DNA of 64,000 bases from Octopus vulgaris. Lineage: Eukaryota. The notes under the pieces are model-generated. The model made no database searches and was not told where the DNA came from. It saw nothing but the letters and a program-made list of their open reading frames with translations. Where the stretch lies: contig OX597817.1 in the NCBI GenBank assembly GCA_951406725.2, positions 18,104,001-18,168,000 on the forward strand, written 5' to 3'. Of the stretch, positions 45,870 through 60,053 are shown in pieces; within the stretch, counting starts at the first letter, position 1, and each line of letters starts with the position of its first letter. Made by a program: the position numbers and the translations under genes.

Positions 45870-46672
45870 CGACCTGCCCGAGATGCGGTCAGAGCGACGA
45901 AACCGTTCTGCACGCACTCGTTCAGTGTCCAACAATTTCCGACCTGTGGGCTTATGTCGAACAACTGCTGTCACGTGTGGGACGAGTCGGTTTATCAGCT
46001 GAGTCTATCGTCAATATTGTCACGCCTCCTTCCTTCAAACGGGAAGGAAGAGCTATTTTCATCATCCTTGTGGCTATGGCGAAAGAATGTATCTGGTGGA
46101 CGCGTCTGAAAGGATTGGAGACAAACACTTTCCTCTCTGGTCAATCTCTCATCAACTTCTTCAAGTACCACTTGAAAAGGAAAGTGAGAGTAGAGAGGCA
46201 AGTTTTGTCTAGCGAATGTTTTAAAAAAAGATGGGTGAATGTAGCAAGAATGGCACGTATGAATGACGAAGCCACCTTGAGCATAGTCCTATGAACCCAG
46301 AAATCGAAAACAGAGAGTTGCTTATTTGCAAAAAAAAAAAAAAAAAAAAATATAAAATGTGACTTCATTTACCGAGGTTACCGTGGTCTTTTCCGTAGGC
46401 TTTTATTTCCACGGGTAAACCTCACCTGTCCACCCCTTTACACTTCATATTGACATTTCTGTGATAACGATCCCTATTGATCAATTTTTTTTTCTCTCCC
46501 CCTTTTTTTTTAACCCCCCTTTTTTTGTCCTCTTTCTCTCCTTTTACGATCCCTTTTGATCGAAACTCCCCCTTCCTTTTTTTTTTTTTTTTTTTTTTAA
46601 ACCTTCAAAAGAAAAGCTCTACCTTGTAATTTGTTCTATCTGTGTGCAGCCCTGTGTGGCTAATAAAGAAAC
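45870..46672 (+). mobile_element. Tx1-clade LINE, 5'-truncated copy 2 within (TATC)n
   Basis: CPRC-x7-H-x4-C zinc knuckle ([20 protein letters not shown]) typical of the L1/Tx1 ORF2 C-terminus; stop 46294. Confidence 0.9.
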
Positions 46673-46673
46673 A

Positions 46674-47162
<489 letters not shown>

Positions 47163-47447
47163 AAATAGATGCTGTGTTATAGATGCAGTGATAATTGATA
47201 TAACTGATAAGAAGCAACTAATTGTTAAATTGGCTTTTATTTACCGTTACAATAAGCACAGCTGCTTCGAGTTGTTTATGTATAAAGATTGATTCTGTTG
47301 TCGGTGCTGGTAACTGTGGTCATTTGTCGTTTAATTCAATGTGGCCGAAGGAAAGAGGTGAGAGAGAGAGGTGACAGTGCCGAGTAAAGTGGATATGTAC
47401 TTCAAACTTCGACAAAAAGAGAGGAAGAATTCTGTTAAGGTTCTGTA

Positions 47448-48476
47448 TCTTATATATTAAAAGGCAAGTTGTCTGTGTGTTGTGTGAACCACTTCTACTC
47501 CTACAGTTTTCAACCGAGTTTCACCAAATATGACATGTGTGCTCTCTTTGACTTAGGACGCGTTTTCTTATAATTTTTACCTCGAAATTCCGCGCCCCCA
47601 ACATAAATAGACTACTCTCAGTTCGCCTAGGATTTGAACCCACCACGACCATGCAACGGAACGAGTACGATTTTCGGTGCTTCTTCGGAAGCGCACCTCT
47701 TCAAGAAAATGACGTCCAATTTCTAAAAAAAAAAGAATGAAAATGGGAAATATATCCAAAATAAATGAAGTATTCAAAAATTTACGAAGATTCATCTATT
47801 TTTAAATATTTTATACTAAAAATAGTACATGGAAACGGGGCACTCGCAAATATAAACAAAGATGTCGGACGATACAAGGGGCAGTAACTTGTATCAGATA
47901 TTATTAATAATACGAAGGAATAACGTTTGCAAATTCTTGATTGTTTTTAACCAGATTTTTTACTGCGCACACTGGTAAGGGTTAGTGTAGCACGCGCTGC
48001 TGCGACGTTACAACTATTAGCAAATACCTGTTCAGTGGTAGTAGGACGTGCTAGAAATACCAGCCAAATCAGTTAATGTTTACAAGTACACCTGCACGTC
48101 AACCCCCACCTCTCTTCTTTCTTATATATATATATATATATATTCACACACATTATAGCCTCTGGCCCACCAAAGCCTTGTGAATGGATTTCATACACGG
48201 AAACTGAAAAAACACTGTCGCATATATGTGTATATTAGTTTGTGTGGCGCGCGCGTGCCTGTGCGTATGTGTGCGTGCGTGTGTGTACCCCAATCATTGT
48301 TTTACAACCCATGTTGTTGTGTCTACATACCTATAACCTAGCGGTTCGGCAAAAGACACTGATAGAATATTTAGTAGGCGGTGCTCCAGCATGGCCGCAG
48401 TCACATAACTGAAACAAGTAAACCAATAAAAAGCTATGCCATTTTAATCCCGAGCAAGACCGGGTATCTCTGCTAG
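47448..48476 (+). mobile_element. Non-autonomous Helitron (type H4) containing a SINE-D fragment (48153-48433)
   Basis: A|TCTTATATATTAAAAGGCAAG start; CCCGAGCAAGACCGGG hairpin and CTAG|T end. Confidence 0.7.
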
Positions 48477-48687
48477 TTTAAAATAATTCCCTAGCTAAAG
48501 TAGGTCAGGAGTACAAAGGATTTCTCTCGTGTTATCTTGATTCGACTGATGTTGACCTAAGATGGTCAAAAAGTTAACGGATGACTTGTAAATCTGCAAG
48601 TGCATTTTGACAGAGCAAAGGAAACATTTAACTTGAAGTTTCAATTCTTGATCGAAAAAACTCAGGAACTAACCATTCCATATTTGA

Positions 48688-48773
<86 letters not shown>

Positions 48774-48916
48774 GTGAGTGTGTGAATGTTTATATATGTG
48801 TGTATATGTATGTGTGTGTATTTATATTTGTCGCAACCCCCCACTATCGCTTAACAATTGGTGTTGGATTTTTTTTACCTCCCCGTATCGGCAAAAAGGA
48901 AGCCGATAGAATATAT

Positions 48917-49163
48917 GTTCCTTCTCGAGCCATGCCAGGCTCATAAGGGCCAGTTTCCTGGTTTCAGTGGCGTAGAAATTCCACACCTGGACAGGACACC
49001 GGTCCGTCGCAGGATTTCTCATTTCTGCCTGCTGAGTGGACTGGAGCAACGTGAAATGAAGTGTTTTGCTCAAGAACACAACGCGTCGCCCGGTCCAGGA
49101 ATCGAAACCACAACCTTACGATGATGAGTTCAGCACCCTAACCACTAAGCTACGTGCCTCCAC
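48917..49163 (-). mobile_element. SINE family C nested in an older SINE-D tail
   Basis: TSD GATAGAATAT at 48905 and 49165. Confidence 0.88.
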
Positions 49164-49174
49164 TGATAGAATAT

Positions 49175-49562
49175 GATGGAAGCACTCCGTCGGTTACGAC
49201 GACGAGGGTTCCGGTTGATCCGAATCAACGGAACAGCCTGCTCGTGAAATTAACGTGTAAGTGGCTGAGCACTCCACAGACACGTGTACCCTTAACGTAG
49301 TTCTCGGGGATATTCAGCGTGACACAGAAAGTGACAAGGCCGGCCCCTTGAAATACAGGTACAACAGAAACAGGAAGTAAGAGTGAGAGAAAGTTGTGGT
49401 GAAAGAGTACAGCAGGGATCACCACCATCCCCTGCCGGAGCCTCGTGGAGCTTTTAGGTGTTTTCGCTCAATAACCACTCACAACGCCCGGTCTGGGAAT
49501 GGAAACCGCGATCCTATGACCGCGAGTCCGCTGCCCTAACCACTGGGCCATTGCGCCTCCAC
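49175..49562 (-). mobile_element. SINE family B, full length, nested at the same site
   Basis: Head GGAGGCGCAATGGCCCAGTGGTTAGGGCAGCGGACTCGCGG; TSD GATAGAATAT at 49165 and 49563. Confidence 0.88.
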
Positions 49563-50099
49563 GATAGAATATATACCAAGTCAAAAAAAAGATAAAGTAC
49601 AGTACAGAGATCGATATGTTTAACTAAAACCCTCCAAGGTGGTGCTCCAGCATGGCCGCAGTCCAACGGCTGAAAAAAGTTCAAGATAAAAGTACTTGTT
49701 TAGAGTCAGCATGTGGTATTTGCCAGAAGATTACTGATCTAACGTGTCCTTCCTTTTAATATCTTTACAGGTGCTGTGGTTTGAAGGCGATTTAGCTGCC
49801 ACTTCCAGGTCAAACTAACACTCTACATGCAGTTAGTTATGGAGTCTATTCAGTAACAGGTACAGTTCTATTGTCAATATTTTAATGTTCTCGAAATGTA
49901 CCAACAACTTCCTTACTGACAAGGTCAACAAGAAATCTACTTATTTGACCCTGACTGCCCAAAATAAAAGCAGTGAAATGAATTTAATATCATTTAAAGA
50001 CAGACAGCTAATTTCACGGTGAGATTCACGGATGTAGAAACCTGGCGCTAGTTTCGTTTAAAATCCCTTCACACTATGAGGTGTGTATGTGTGAGTGTA

Positions 50100-50366
50100 C
50101 ACGTGTGTGTACGTGGAATGTGTCATATGTGTGTGTGTGTGTGTACGTGGAATGTGTCATATGTGTGTGTGTGTGTGTGTGTATTTGTAATGCGTACATT
50201 TGCTGTGTGTTTGTGTGTGTGTGTGTGTGTGTGAGTGTGTGTGTGAATGTAATTGCAATATATACATTTGCAGTGTGCGTTTGAGTGCGCACGAGAGTAT
50301 TTTTCGTGTGTGAGTAGATTTTTAATGTGTACATTTGTAGGGTGTGCATTGTAGGGTGTGCGTGTA

Positions 50367-50424
<58 letters not shown>

Positions 50425-50543
50425 TGTGTGTGTGTGAGTGTAATTGCAATATATACATTTGCAGTGTGCGTTTGAGTGCGCATAAGAGTATTTTTCGTGT
50501 GTGAGTATATTTTTAATGTGTGCATTTGTAGGGTGTGCGTGTA

Positions 50544-50607
<64 letters not shown>

Positions 50608-50730
50608 TGTAATTGCAATATATACATTTGCAGCGTGCTTGTGTGCGTTTGAGTGTGCACGAGAGTATTTTTCGTGTGTGAGTATATTTTTAATGTGTGC
50701 ATTTGTAGGGTGTGCATTGTAGGGTGTGTA
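50100..50730. repeat. Three ~170-190-bp tandem units separated by (TG)n
   Basis: TGTAATTGCAATATATACATTTGCAG...GAGTATTTTTCGTGTGTGAGTA recurs near 50248, 50440 and 50608. Confidence 0.9.
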
Positions 50731-51109
50731 TGTATGTATGTATGTGTGTGTGCGCGTGAGATAGTGTGTATTAGTGGTATATGTGCATGTGCATCATATG
50801 ATTATGCGCATTTAGCTTGTTTCCGTGGTTACGTGTGCATGTGTGTGCACGCGTGTATGTGCATGCATGTGTGTTTGTGTTCCTGCAGTATGCGTGAGAG
50901 GGCTGTTGCTTAGTATGAGATGTGTGTGTGTGTGTGTGTGTGTGTGTATACTTGTATGTTTATGAATGTGTGGAATATCAAGTGAGAGAGTTGCATGTAT
51001 GTATACGTATAAGCAAGTGTTTGTAGTTGTGCGTGTGTATATGTGAATATAAGTTGTCTGTCTGTGCATATTTCTGCATGTGATCTTAAGTGATCGTTTA
51101 AGGATGTGC

Positions 51110-51622
51110 GTATGTATGTATGTATGTATGTATGTATGTATGTATGTATGTATGTATGTATGTATGTATGTATGTATGTATGTATGTATGTATGTATGTA
51201 TGTATGTATGTATGTATGTATTTATGTATGTATGTATGTATGTATGTATGCATGCATGCATGTATGTATGTATGTATGTATGTATGTATTTATGTATGTA
51301 TGTATGTATGTATGTATGTATGTATGTATTTATGTATGTATGTATGTATGTATTTATGTATGTATGTATGTATGTATGTATGTATGTATGTATGTATGTA
51401 TGTATGTATGTATGTATGTATGTATGTATGTATGTATGTATGTATGTATGTATGTATGTATGTATGTATGTATGTATGTATGTATGTATGTATGTATGTA
51501 TGTATGTATGTATGTATGTATGTATGTATGTATGTATGTATGTATGCATGTATGTATGTATGTATGTATGTATGTATGTATGCATGTATGTATGTATGTA
51601 TGTATGTACGTATGTATGTATG
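51110..51622. repeat. (TATG)n microsatellite (~510 bp)
   Basis: Direct reading. Confidence 0.97.
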
Positions 51623-52158
51623 TTTCTATATATGTCTGTATGTATGTACATCATAATGTACATATACAGAGGCATACGAGAGTGTGTACGTGTAACTTAT
51701 TAACTACTTGTGCGTGTATACATATGTGTATGAGTGTGTGCGCGTACATGTACGGGTATACATGTGGGTACGTACTCTAGTATTGTTGCTATTGGTTAAA
51801 AATATGGCTATGAATGTATGCATCCGTACGTACATAAATAGGGATAGGATGATCTGCTTGCTGGTATCGTCAAAGGTATTGCGGCTACAAGTATCCCGTC
51901 GTTTATTCTGTTGTTTTCTCATGACAAGTGAGATAATTTTGAGGGTTATTTAGCTGCTATTTCTAGCAGGTCAAGTGCTGTGAAGAAACCCACACGTTTG
52001 CTTGTGTGTGTGTGTGTGTATGTGTGTGCACGAGAGTGCTTGTGTGTGTATGCATGTGCGTTTGTGTATGGATAATTTTGTATGAGATGGTCTAATTTAT
52101 GCTCTCACTCTGTCTGTTTGCCTGTCTGTCTGTCTGTCTGCCAGCCTGCCTGCCTGCC

Positions 52159-52198
<40 letters not shown>

Positions 52199-52199
52199 G

Positions 52200-52289
<90 letters not shown>

Positions 52290-52290
52290 A

Positions 52291-52324
<34 letters not shown>

Positions 52325-52697
52325 CACATCTGAATGTGTGTCTTTGTGTTTGTACCCCACCACCGCTTGACAACCGGTGCTCGTGTGTTTACGTTCCCCT
52401 AACTTAGCAGTTCTGGAAATGAACCCAACAGAATAAGTACCAAACTTTAAAAAAAGAAAAAAAATGTAAGTACTAGTGTCAATTCGACTAAAATTCACCA
52501 AAGCGGTGCTCCAATATGGCCGCAGTATAATGGCTGAAACAAAGTAAAAGATAAAAGCTATGTCTGTCTGTATGTATGTGTGCGCGTGTGAGTATGAGCT
52601 GATCATGTTATGATTACGTGTACGAGGAAAATATGTACTTCTGTAAGTTGGTGCTCGCGTATCGTTTGTCTATGTATATGAATATCTCTAGCGATGT

Positions 52698-52758
<61 letters not shown>

Positions 52759-52865
52759 TGCGTGCGTGTGTGTGCGTGTGTGTTTGTGTGTGATTGTGTG
52801 CGTACGTTAACTGGTATATATTGTAATTCTAATGCGTATGTGTGCATTCTAATTCTAATGCGTAT

Positions 52866-53279
52866 AGGCGCAGGAGTGGGTTTGTGGTAAGTAGGTTGCT
52901 TACCAACCACATGGTTCCGGGTTCAGTCCCACTGTGTAGCATCTTGGGCAAGTGTCTTTTACTATAGCTTCGGGCCGACCAAAGCCTTGTGAGTGGATTT
53001 GGTAGACGGAAACTGAAAGAAGCCCGTCGTATATATGTATATGTATATATGTGTGTGTATGTTTGTGTGTCTGTTTTTGTACTCCTAGCATTGCTTGACA
53101 ACCGATGCTGGTGTGTTCATTTCCTCGTCATTTAGCGGTTCGGCAAAAGAGACCGATAGAATAAGTACTTGGCATGCAAAGAATAAATCCCGGGGTCGAT
53201 TTGCTCGACTAAAGGCGGTGCTCCAGCATGGCCGCATTCAAATGACTGAAACAAGTAAAAGAGTAAAAGAGAGTAAAGA
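52866..53279 (+). mobile_element. SINE family D, full length (an older 3' half also lies at 52325-52557)
   Basis: Matches 34091-34485. Confidence 0.88.
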
Positions 53280-53289
53280 ATATATCAAC

Positions 53290-53357
<68 letters not shown>

Positions 53358-53361
53358 ATAT

Positions 53362-53414
<53 letters not shown>

Positions 53415-53427
53415 TTCCTTCTCCTAT

Positions 53428-53462
53428 GTTTCCGACGAAGAGCTCCGCCCGAAACATCAAAC
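53428..53462 (+). ncRNA. Degenerate minimal hammerhead-like motif in a ~150-bp element (53412-53562) flanked by (TA)n
   Basis: GTTT-CCGACGA-A-GAGC-TCC-GCCC-GAAAC-AT-C-AAAC; stem I GTTT/AAAC; core and stem mismatches. Confidence 0.4.
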
Positions 53463-53558
53463 TCTCCTTCTTCCTTCTTTCCTGAGCGTCCAATAATACT
53501 TTATTGTTCCACGTTCTTGTGTTGTTGTTTTTTTGTTTTTGTTTTCTTGTTTGGATTA

Positions 53559-53648
<90 letters not shown>

Positions 53649-53848
53649 AAGTGCTACTATATATTGTGTGTTTGGAAATAGGAATACCAATGGTATGTGT
53701 ACATTCATGTACTGCAGCAGAAATATAGCAACTGGCATATAAAAGTGCATATGTGAGTAAGCGTGCATAATGTCGACTGGTGTGAGCCAGTGTTTCTTCG
53801 GATAATATTTGCATGATTGCTTATGTACGCTTATAGATTTGGCTTTAT

Positions 53849-53935
<87 letters not shown>

Positions 53936-54841
53936 CTCATACACCACACCAACTCGCATATGTATATATGTATATTAGTATACATACATATACATACACA
54001 CACATGCATATATAGTATATGATGTACTTTTATTGTATGTATGTTAGTATATATGTATCGATGTATGTGTGTACGTATAACCCAATATATATATATATAT
54101 ATATGCATATATGTATATATGTATATATATGCGTGTGTGTGTGTGTGCATGTAGATATATATGTATATATATGTATATAAGCATGTGTGTGTATATGTAT
54201 GGATATATGTTTGCACGCGTGTATGTTTGTATGTGTATATATATATATATATATTCACATATATGATGTTCTTATGTACGTGTGTGTGTATGTACGTACG
54301 TTTGCATATGTGTGTATATGTACATTAATATATGTATATTCAAATATGTATATGTATGTGCGCGTATGTGAGTGTTTGTATATTTTTACGTATGTGAAGC
54401 TGGGTATGTGTGAATATGTGTGCATATGTGCACCAACGCGTGTGTATGTGTGTACGTATCTGTATGTACGTACGTAATATGTGTTCTTCCCTCTGTTTCT
54501 TTTCAGACGGCCAATAATTGTTTGACGAAACCAAATTAAAATGTATCGGTTGGCTGAGACAGTTGACAACTCTCACTCACAATATGTCAAGATGTCAAAC
54601 ACCCCACCATACATCCACTCAAAAGAAAACCAACGCGAAACAAAATGGAAGATGTAATAGGCGCAGAGGTAGCTGTTTGCTTAACAATTTTGGTTTGCAG
54701 TCAAGTGGTTCTGTGGTTCAATCTTAATCTGGTCAAACTGTTTTTGTAATTTACCATATTTTCGGGCTAGCCAAAACTTAGTGAGTGAAATCCGGTGTGT
54801 AGATGCCGTCGGATACATATATTTATACATACATACATACA

Positions 54842-54907
<66 letters not shown>

Positions 54908-54926
54908 TATATATATACATACATAC

Positions 54927-55055
<129 letters not shown>

Positions 55056-55639
55056 TACATACACATATGCGTATATATACAAACATATTTATATACATTT
55101 ACACATACCTTCATCCATACATATATATACACACATACGCGCGCGTGCACACACTCACACACACACATTCCAACTGCTAAAAGGCAAGTTCACTACTATT
55201 ATCGTGGAGAAATATTCTCTCTTATGGTAAAAAAAAGTATAGAAACACCATATCTGTTCAGTGTCGCCCCCTATCAGGATTCGCAGTCATCGATGTTTCG
55301 AGTTCCTTAACCGTTGTCAATGGCGAATATCTAAGAGGGGCAACTCTGAACAGACCTCGTCAAAGCTATAGCTTTAACTAAAATATGTCACAAACATATT
55401 TTAAATAACTTAAACTTTGCTTATACCTAAACACAGCTTGTCGCTAATATTACACTAATTTCCACGACTTTGGTGGTCTACTGGCTGAAAACAATCAATG
55501 TTGTTGACTGTATTTTAGTAAAATCTATAACTTTGGCAAGGTCTGTCCAGAGAGGCCATGTGCCTAAATAAAAAAAATGAGCGGTTTCTCTTAGATAGTT
55601 CCTACCAACCGGGTACGAGGCGTCATGGTTGGCCACTGC

Positions 55640-55853
55640 GAGAGGGGCTTTCTCCGTCCGTGTTGCGGATCCGTGGAACAAGCTGCCAGCCAAGATGGTG
55701 AAGATGCCGACGACCACTTTGTTCAAAGTCTCCCTTGACCTCAAGTGGCCTGAACTCTTTACATGAACACCACTCTGTACATAACTCCATGTCCCCCTAC
55801 ATAGCCTTGCTTTTTGCTTTTTGAGCCAAAAAAATTAACTAACTAACTAACTA
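55640..55853 (+). mobile_element. CR1-like LINE 3' end with (TAAC)n tail
   Basis: RGAFSVRVADPWNKLPAKMV...FKVSLD, then a short UTR and TAACTAACTAAC. Confidence 0.75.
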
Positions 55854-58180
55854 TGACGCCGAAGAGGAAATCATAATACTACAAATGAGGAGTGAGGCCA
55901 TTAATTGGAAAGGCCAAACCCTGGAAATTGTCGTATAGGCCCCAAATGAGGTTCTGGAATCAAGGCCAGATCGAATCTTTATAGGGGAGGGACTAAGCGC
56001 CCGTGTTTCGGTGGAAGGTCGAAGACCGAGGTGTGCGAGAAGGGACACGCAAGGTCAGACTGCAAAAGAGTAAAAAAGACAAAAAAGGTAGATGTCCCTC
56101 CCCTAAAAGGAAAAGGTATAGAAACCAACAAGGAGGAGGGGAAAAACAGAAAAAACCGGAGAAAGAGGTAAACAAAGAGGAGGAGAATAAATCACAGGAA
56201 TCAAAAGATGGTGATAAAAGAAGTCAAAAAGATAAAACGGAAGAGGGGAAAAAGCCCCGACCCTTGACTCCCCTCCCCTAACAAAGAAAGCTATAACCAC
56301 ACACGCAACACACAGGAAAAAATTCCCCACTTCGCTCCCAAATCGAAACCCCCGACCAACCTCACCCCAATCAAAAGAAAGATACATAAAGTACAATGAA
56401 AAAAACCAAGTAATGGCTAGAATTTTGGTGTACACCCGCAGGTGTTCATATATAAGCGTGTACAAGACATGCCAGCCCATATTAGGTTGGCAAAAGTTAT
56501 TGACGATGAACTGTACGAATCATGTAAAAAAAGATACCCAAATGATTTGTTGGACATGACTAAAGAAGTGGTCTAGAAAATACTAGAGGCTGCACTTCTG
56601 AGAGAAAAAGAGGGAGAAACTGCCAAATTAGCCTCTCCCCAAAATGTAAGAACGTAAGTTTTTTTCTCTGTTTTAAATTCTTTCGTGCAGATTAAAGTAG
56701 GGTGTATACATGCACGTGACTTGGGGTCGAGATGGAAACAAATTTGTCTCCTGAACAATCTCAGGTCACTAGATTTGGATACATGTGTGGTAACTGAGTC
56801 CAAGGTGAATGATCCACATACGTTCTCGCCTTTTCTAGGTAGCTATGAGAAATATATTTCTCATAGTCGCCGGGGAGGTGCGAGCGTGGTGGTTTTGTTC
56901 AGAGAAAGCTTGGACGTACAGGTAAGTACAGGATTTCTGGACCCAGAAGGTAGGCTTGTTGCCCTTGATGTGACATATGTAAGCAGTCTTTCAGGTTGGT
57001 AGCTGTCTACGCTCCGAAAGAGTGTAGGCAAGCTGGTTTTTTTCTTGACTTGGAGAATTTCTTAGTAACGTCCAATTCTCTAGTTTTAATAGGAGACTTT
57101 AACACTATCTTCAATGCACGAGTGGATAATGTTGGCTCAGCAAATAGAAGGGGAAATCCTGGTCTCAAAAGGCTACTAACAAACTATAACTTAGTAGACT
57201 GTTACAGGGCCGATCACAGCTGAGGAGATCAAGGAGGTGCTGGCTGAATGCGCTGGGGACAAGTCGCCGGGGCTGGATGGTCTGCCCTATGAATTTTATC
57301 GAAGTATGCCGGACTTGTTCGGACACGTGCTGGCCTGCGTCTATACGAATTGGCAGCAGAATGGGAGGATTACCAGCTCTGTTAGTCGGAGAGTGGTGAC
57401 GTTGATCAGAAAAGACCCGAACAAGGGGGATCATATTAGCAATTTCAGGCCCATAACTCTACTTAACGTAGAGATAAAGATTTTAGCCAAAGTGCTAGCT
57501 AAAAGGTTGAAGCTTGTCGCGGAGAAGCTTGTAGGGAAAGCGCAGACATGCGCAATCCCAGGCAGGTCAATCCAGGACAACCTCCATCTCTTACGCTACA
57601 CGTTTGACAGGGTTGGGAAATTATTCGGTAAAGGCGGGTCATTGGTCCATTTAGACCAAAGTAAAGTTTTTGATAGGGTAGACCACCAGTGTCCGAGGCT
57701 GGATCACTGTTTACAGCGGCATTAAATCGACAGTCCAGGTAAACAGTTACCTGTCGGTTCCGTTGGAGATCAAGCGATCAGTTCGTCAAGGGTGTTCTCT
57801 ATCTCCGCTTCTGTATGTGCTGGCTCTTGAGCCTTTACTGCGGAGGCTGGAGAATTTAGGAGGCATCCCTAATGAAATCGGATGTGGTAAGTCTGTTTCT
57901 GCATATGCGGATGACATCACCATCACCATGTCCAGTGAGGCTCAGCTACATTGTGTAGAGGATGCAATCAAGGGATTCGAGGCTGCGGCAGGGGCAAAAG
58001 TTAACAAGGACAAGTCCATTGGCTTACGGCTCGGCACCTGGAACGGTAAGTCGATAACGTCCAGTGTCGTGGAATACTGGAAGGATGGTCCTGTTCAGTT
58101 GCTTGGAGTTTGGACTCCCAGACGAAGAATTGGAGCGAGGTGGCAGACAGGCTGGAGGCTCCAGTCCGGACTTGGTCTGG
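55854..58180 (+). mobile_element. Decayed Tx1-clade LINE: ORF1 remnant, APE endonuclease (56685-57215) and RT (57215-58180), with a large internal deletion
   Basis: VVTESK, VAVYAP, LIGDFN (EN); KSPGLDGLPYEFY, NFRPITLLN, DQSKVFDRVDH, VRQGCSLSPLLY, AYADDI (RT). Confidence 0.88.
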
Positions 58181-58423
58181 ATTTTGTTTATCTTTTTCCT
58201 ATCTTCCCATTCTGTCTTGGGCTTTTGTGTTTTTATTGTTATGTGTTTTGTTGCTTTTTATGTTGCATGTGTTTTCTACTTTAGGTGCATGGGTATTAGT
58301 ATTATTTAGGTTTTTCTAGGTGTGAACTTGATTTTGCCTTATACCTGGCCCTAGCTAGCTTTATATTGTACTCTACTACGTTCTTAACAGAATATTCCAT
58401 AACTTTATGTAAATACAAATATT

Positions 58424-59156
58424 AATTTGTCATCCGTACTTCTGCAGTGAGGGTGCTAAAATTAATGCATATTTATGCAGCAAATAGTACCAAAAACACA
58501 CGTGCTACATACTTATACATTATAATATTCAAACCCACCGCGCCAGCAAACAATAATAATTTTTTATTTCATTCCCTTTGAAATTGCTCTTATTCGTGGT
58601 TTGGACTTTAACTGCCCTTTCTAGCATGTAAGATGTCCTGTGAAAGGTCACATCTTTTGTATAAATACATAAATTGTTTACACACTCTTATATGTGAAAA
58701 TATGCTGTCTATTGACTTTATTACGCATGCTAGCCACCGGTATGAAAACTTTTCTAAATTTTCTACCCTTATTTTTACAGTAACATTTTCGTAGTTTCAA
58801 GCCTTTTTGGTACGTAGTTTTAATTTTTTATTATTATTTGCTGCCGAATGTAACTGCGCTGGCGCGGTGGATTTGAAAATTATAATGTATAAGTATGTAG
58901 CACGCGTTTTTTCGGTGCTATTTGCTGCATAAATATGCATTAATGTTAGCGCCCTTACTGAAGAAGTAAGGATGGCAAATTTTCATATTGATACAGAAAC
59001 TCGAGTTTGAGTGTAACTACAAAAATATTTTTTATATTTTCATTCCCTTTGAAATTGGTCTTATTCGTGGTTTTGGGCTTTAACTGCCCTTTCTAGCATG
59101 TAAGGTGTCCTATCAAAGTCACCTCTTTCGTGTAGAAATACGAAAATTGTTTATAC

Positions 59157-59160
<4 letters not shown>
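58424..59160 (+). mobile_element. Penelope-like pseudo-LTR arrangement (inverted plus direct repeats)
   Basis: 58424-58547 is inverted relative to 58858-58982; 58561-58685 is a direct repeat of 59030-59157. Confidence 0.65.
58954..59011 (+). ncRNA. Minimal hammerhead-like motif with palindromic stem III
   Basis: CTTA-CTGAAGA-A-GTA...TAC-A-GAAAC-TCGA-GT-T-TGAG; stem I CTTA/TGAG; ACTCGAGT palindrome. Confidence 0.55.
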
Positions 59161-59196
<36 letters not shown>

Positions 59197-59197
<1 letters not shown>

Positions 59198-59582
59198 TAG
59201 CAGTATCGCCCGGCGTTGCTCAGGTTTGTAAGGGAAATAACTATAAAGCATTTTTAGAGAGTTATAGCCCAAAAATAGCAAAAAAATGGAAAAAAATGAT
59301 GGTAAATTTTATTTTGAGAGTTAAAAAAGGATGGAGTTGCGTCCCCTAGACAGTTTGTGGTTCGTGTTTCTGATTCTCGACCCCATGTCGAATTTATCGA
59401 TTTTTTTCAGAACTGGGGAAACTTTTCAAAATTTTGGCTGCGTTAGTTTTGAATTATGACATTGGGCTATGCGTGTGTCAAGTTTCATCAGAATCGGTTG
59501 AAAGCCGTGGTCAGGGTGAGGGTACAAGCAAACAGACACACAGAAACACGCACAGACAAACTGCCGTTTATATATAGAGAGA
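59197..59582 (-). mobile_element. Non-autonomous Helitron (type H1)
   Basis: Reverse-complement sibling of 13639-14008 with TC/CTAG termini. Confidence 0.87.
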
Positions 59583-59853
59583 TATATATGAGAGACATAT
59601 ATTTTCCGTATAGAATACACTTTGTAGTGCTCAAGAGATTGAGACTGGAACGGGTAGAGGACATTCTACCTTTAATCTCTTTTCTATCAACATCTCAAAT
59701 AAAAAATTCTTCCCTGAAGACGGAAGCTGGTATTATCCGATAATGTAATCAATTTAAAATCACTCTTTTGAATCCCCAGCCCCCAGAAACAACTGTTAGA
59801 CACATAAAACACTCATTCAACCCCTTTAATTCATGATATAATTTCTATTCTGT

Positions 59854-60000
59854 GTTATATAAAAATTGAAGTCTGACTAAAATACATATAAACCAAGGAA
59901 AAACTATAGCCTAGAAGCATAGCAAAATGGGATGTATGCCTGTATATACTATGTTTGTATATGTATGTGTATACATACATGCATGCATATATATATATAA

Positions 60001-60053
<53 letters not shown>

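Noticed and set aside
44695-46294. 216-aa and 240-aa ORFs as host genes
   Set aside because: Chance in-frame fusion of (TATC)n with truncated LINE ORF2 ends.
50812-51780. Long YIHT/MYVC ORFs (and similar IYLS, HT and IY ORFs throughout)
   Set aside because: Stop-free microsatellites that are open in several frames.
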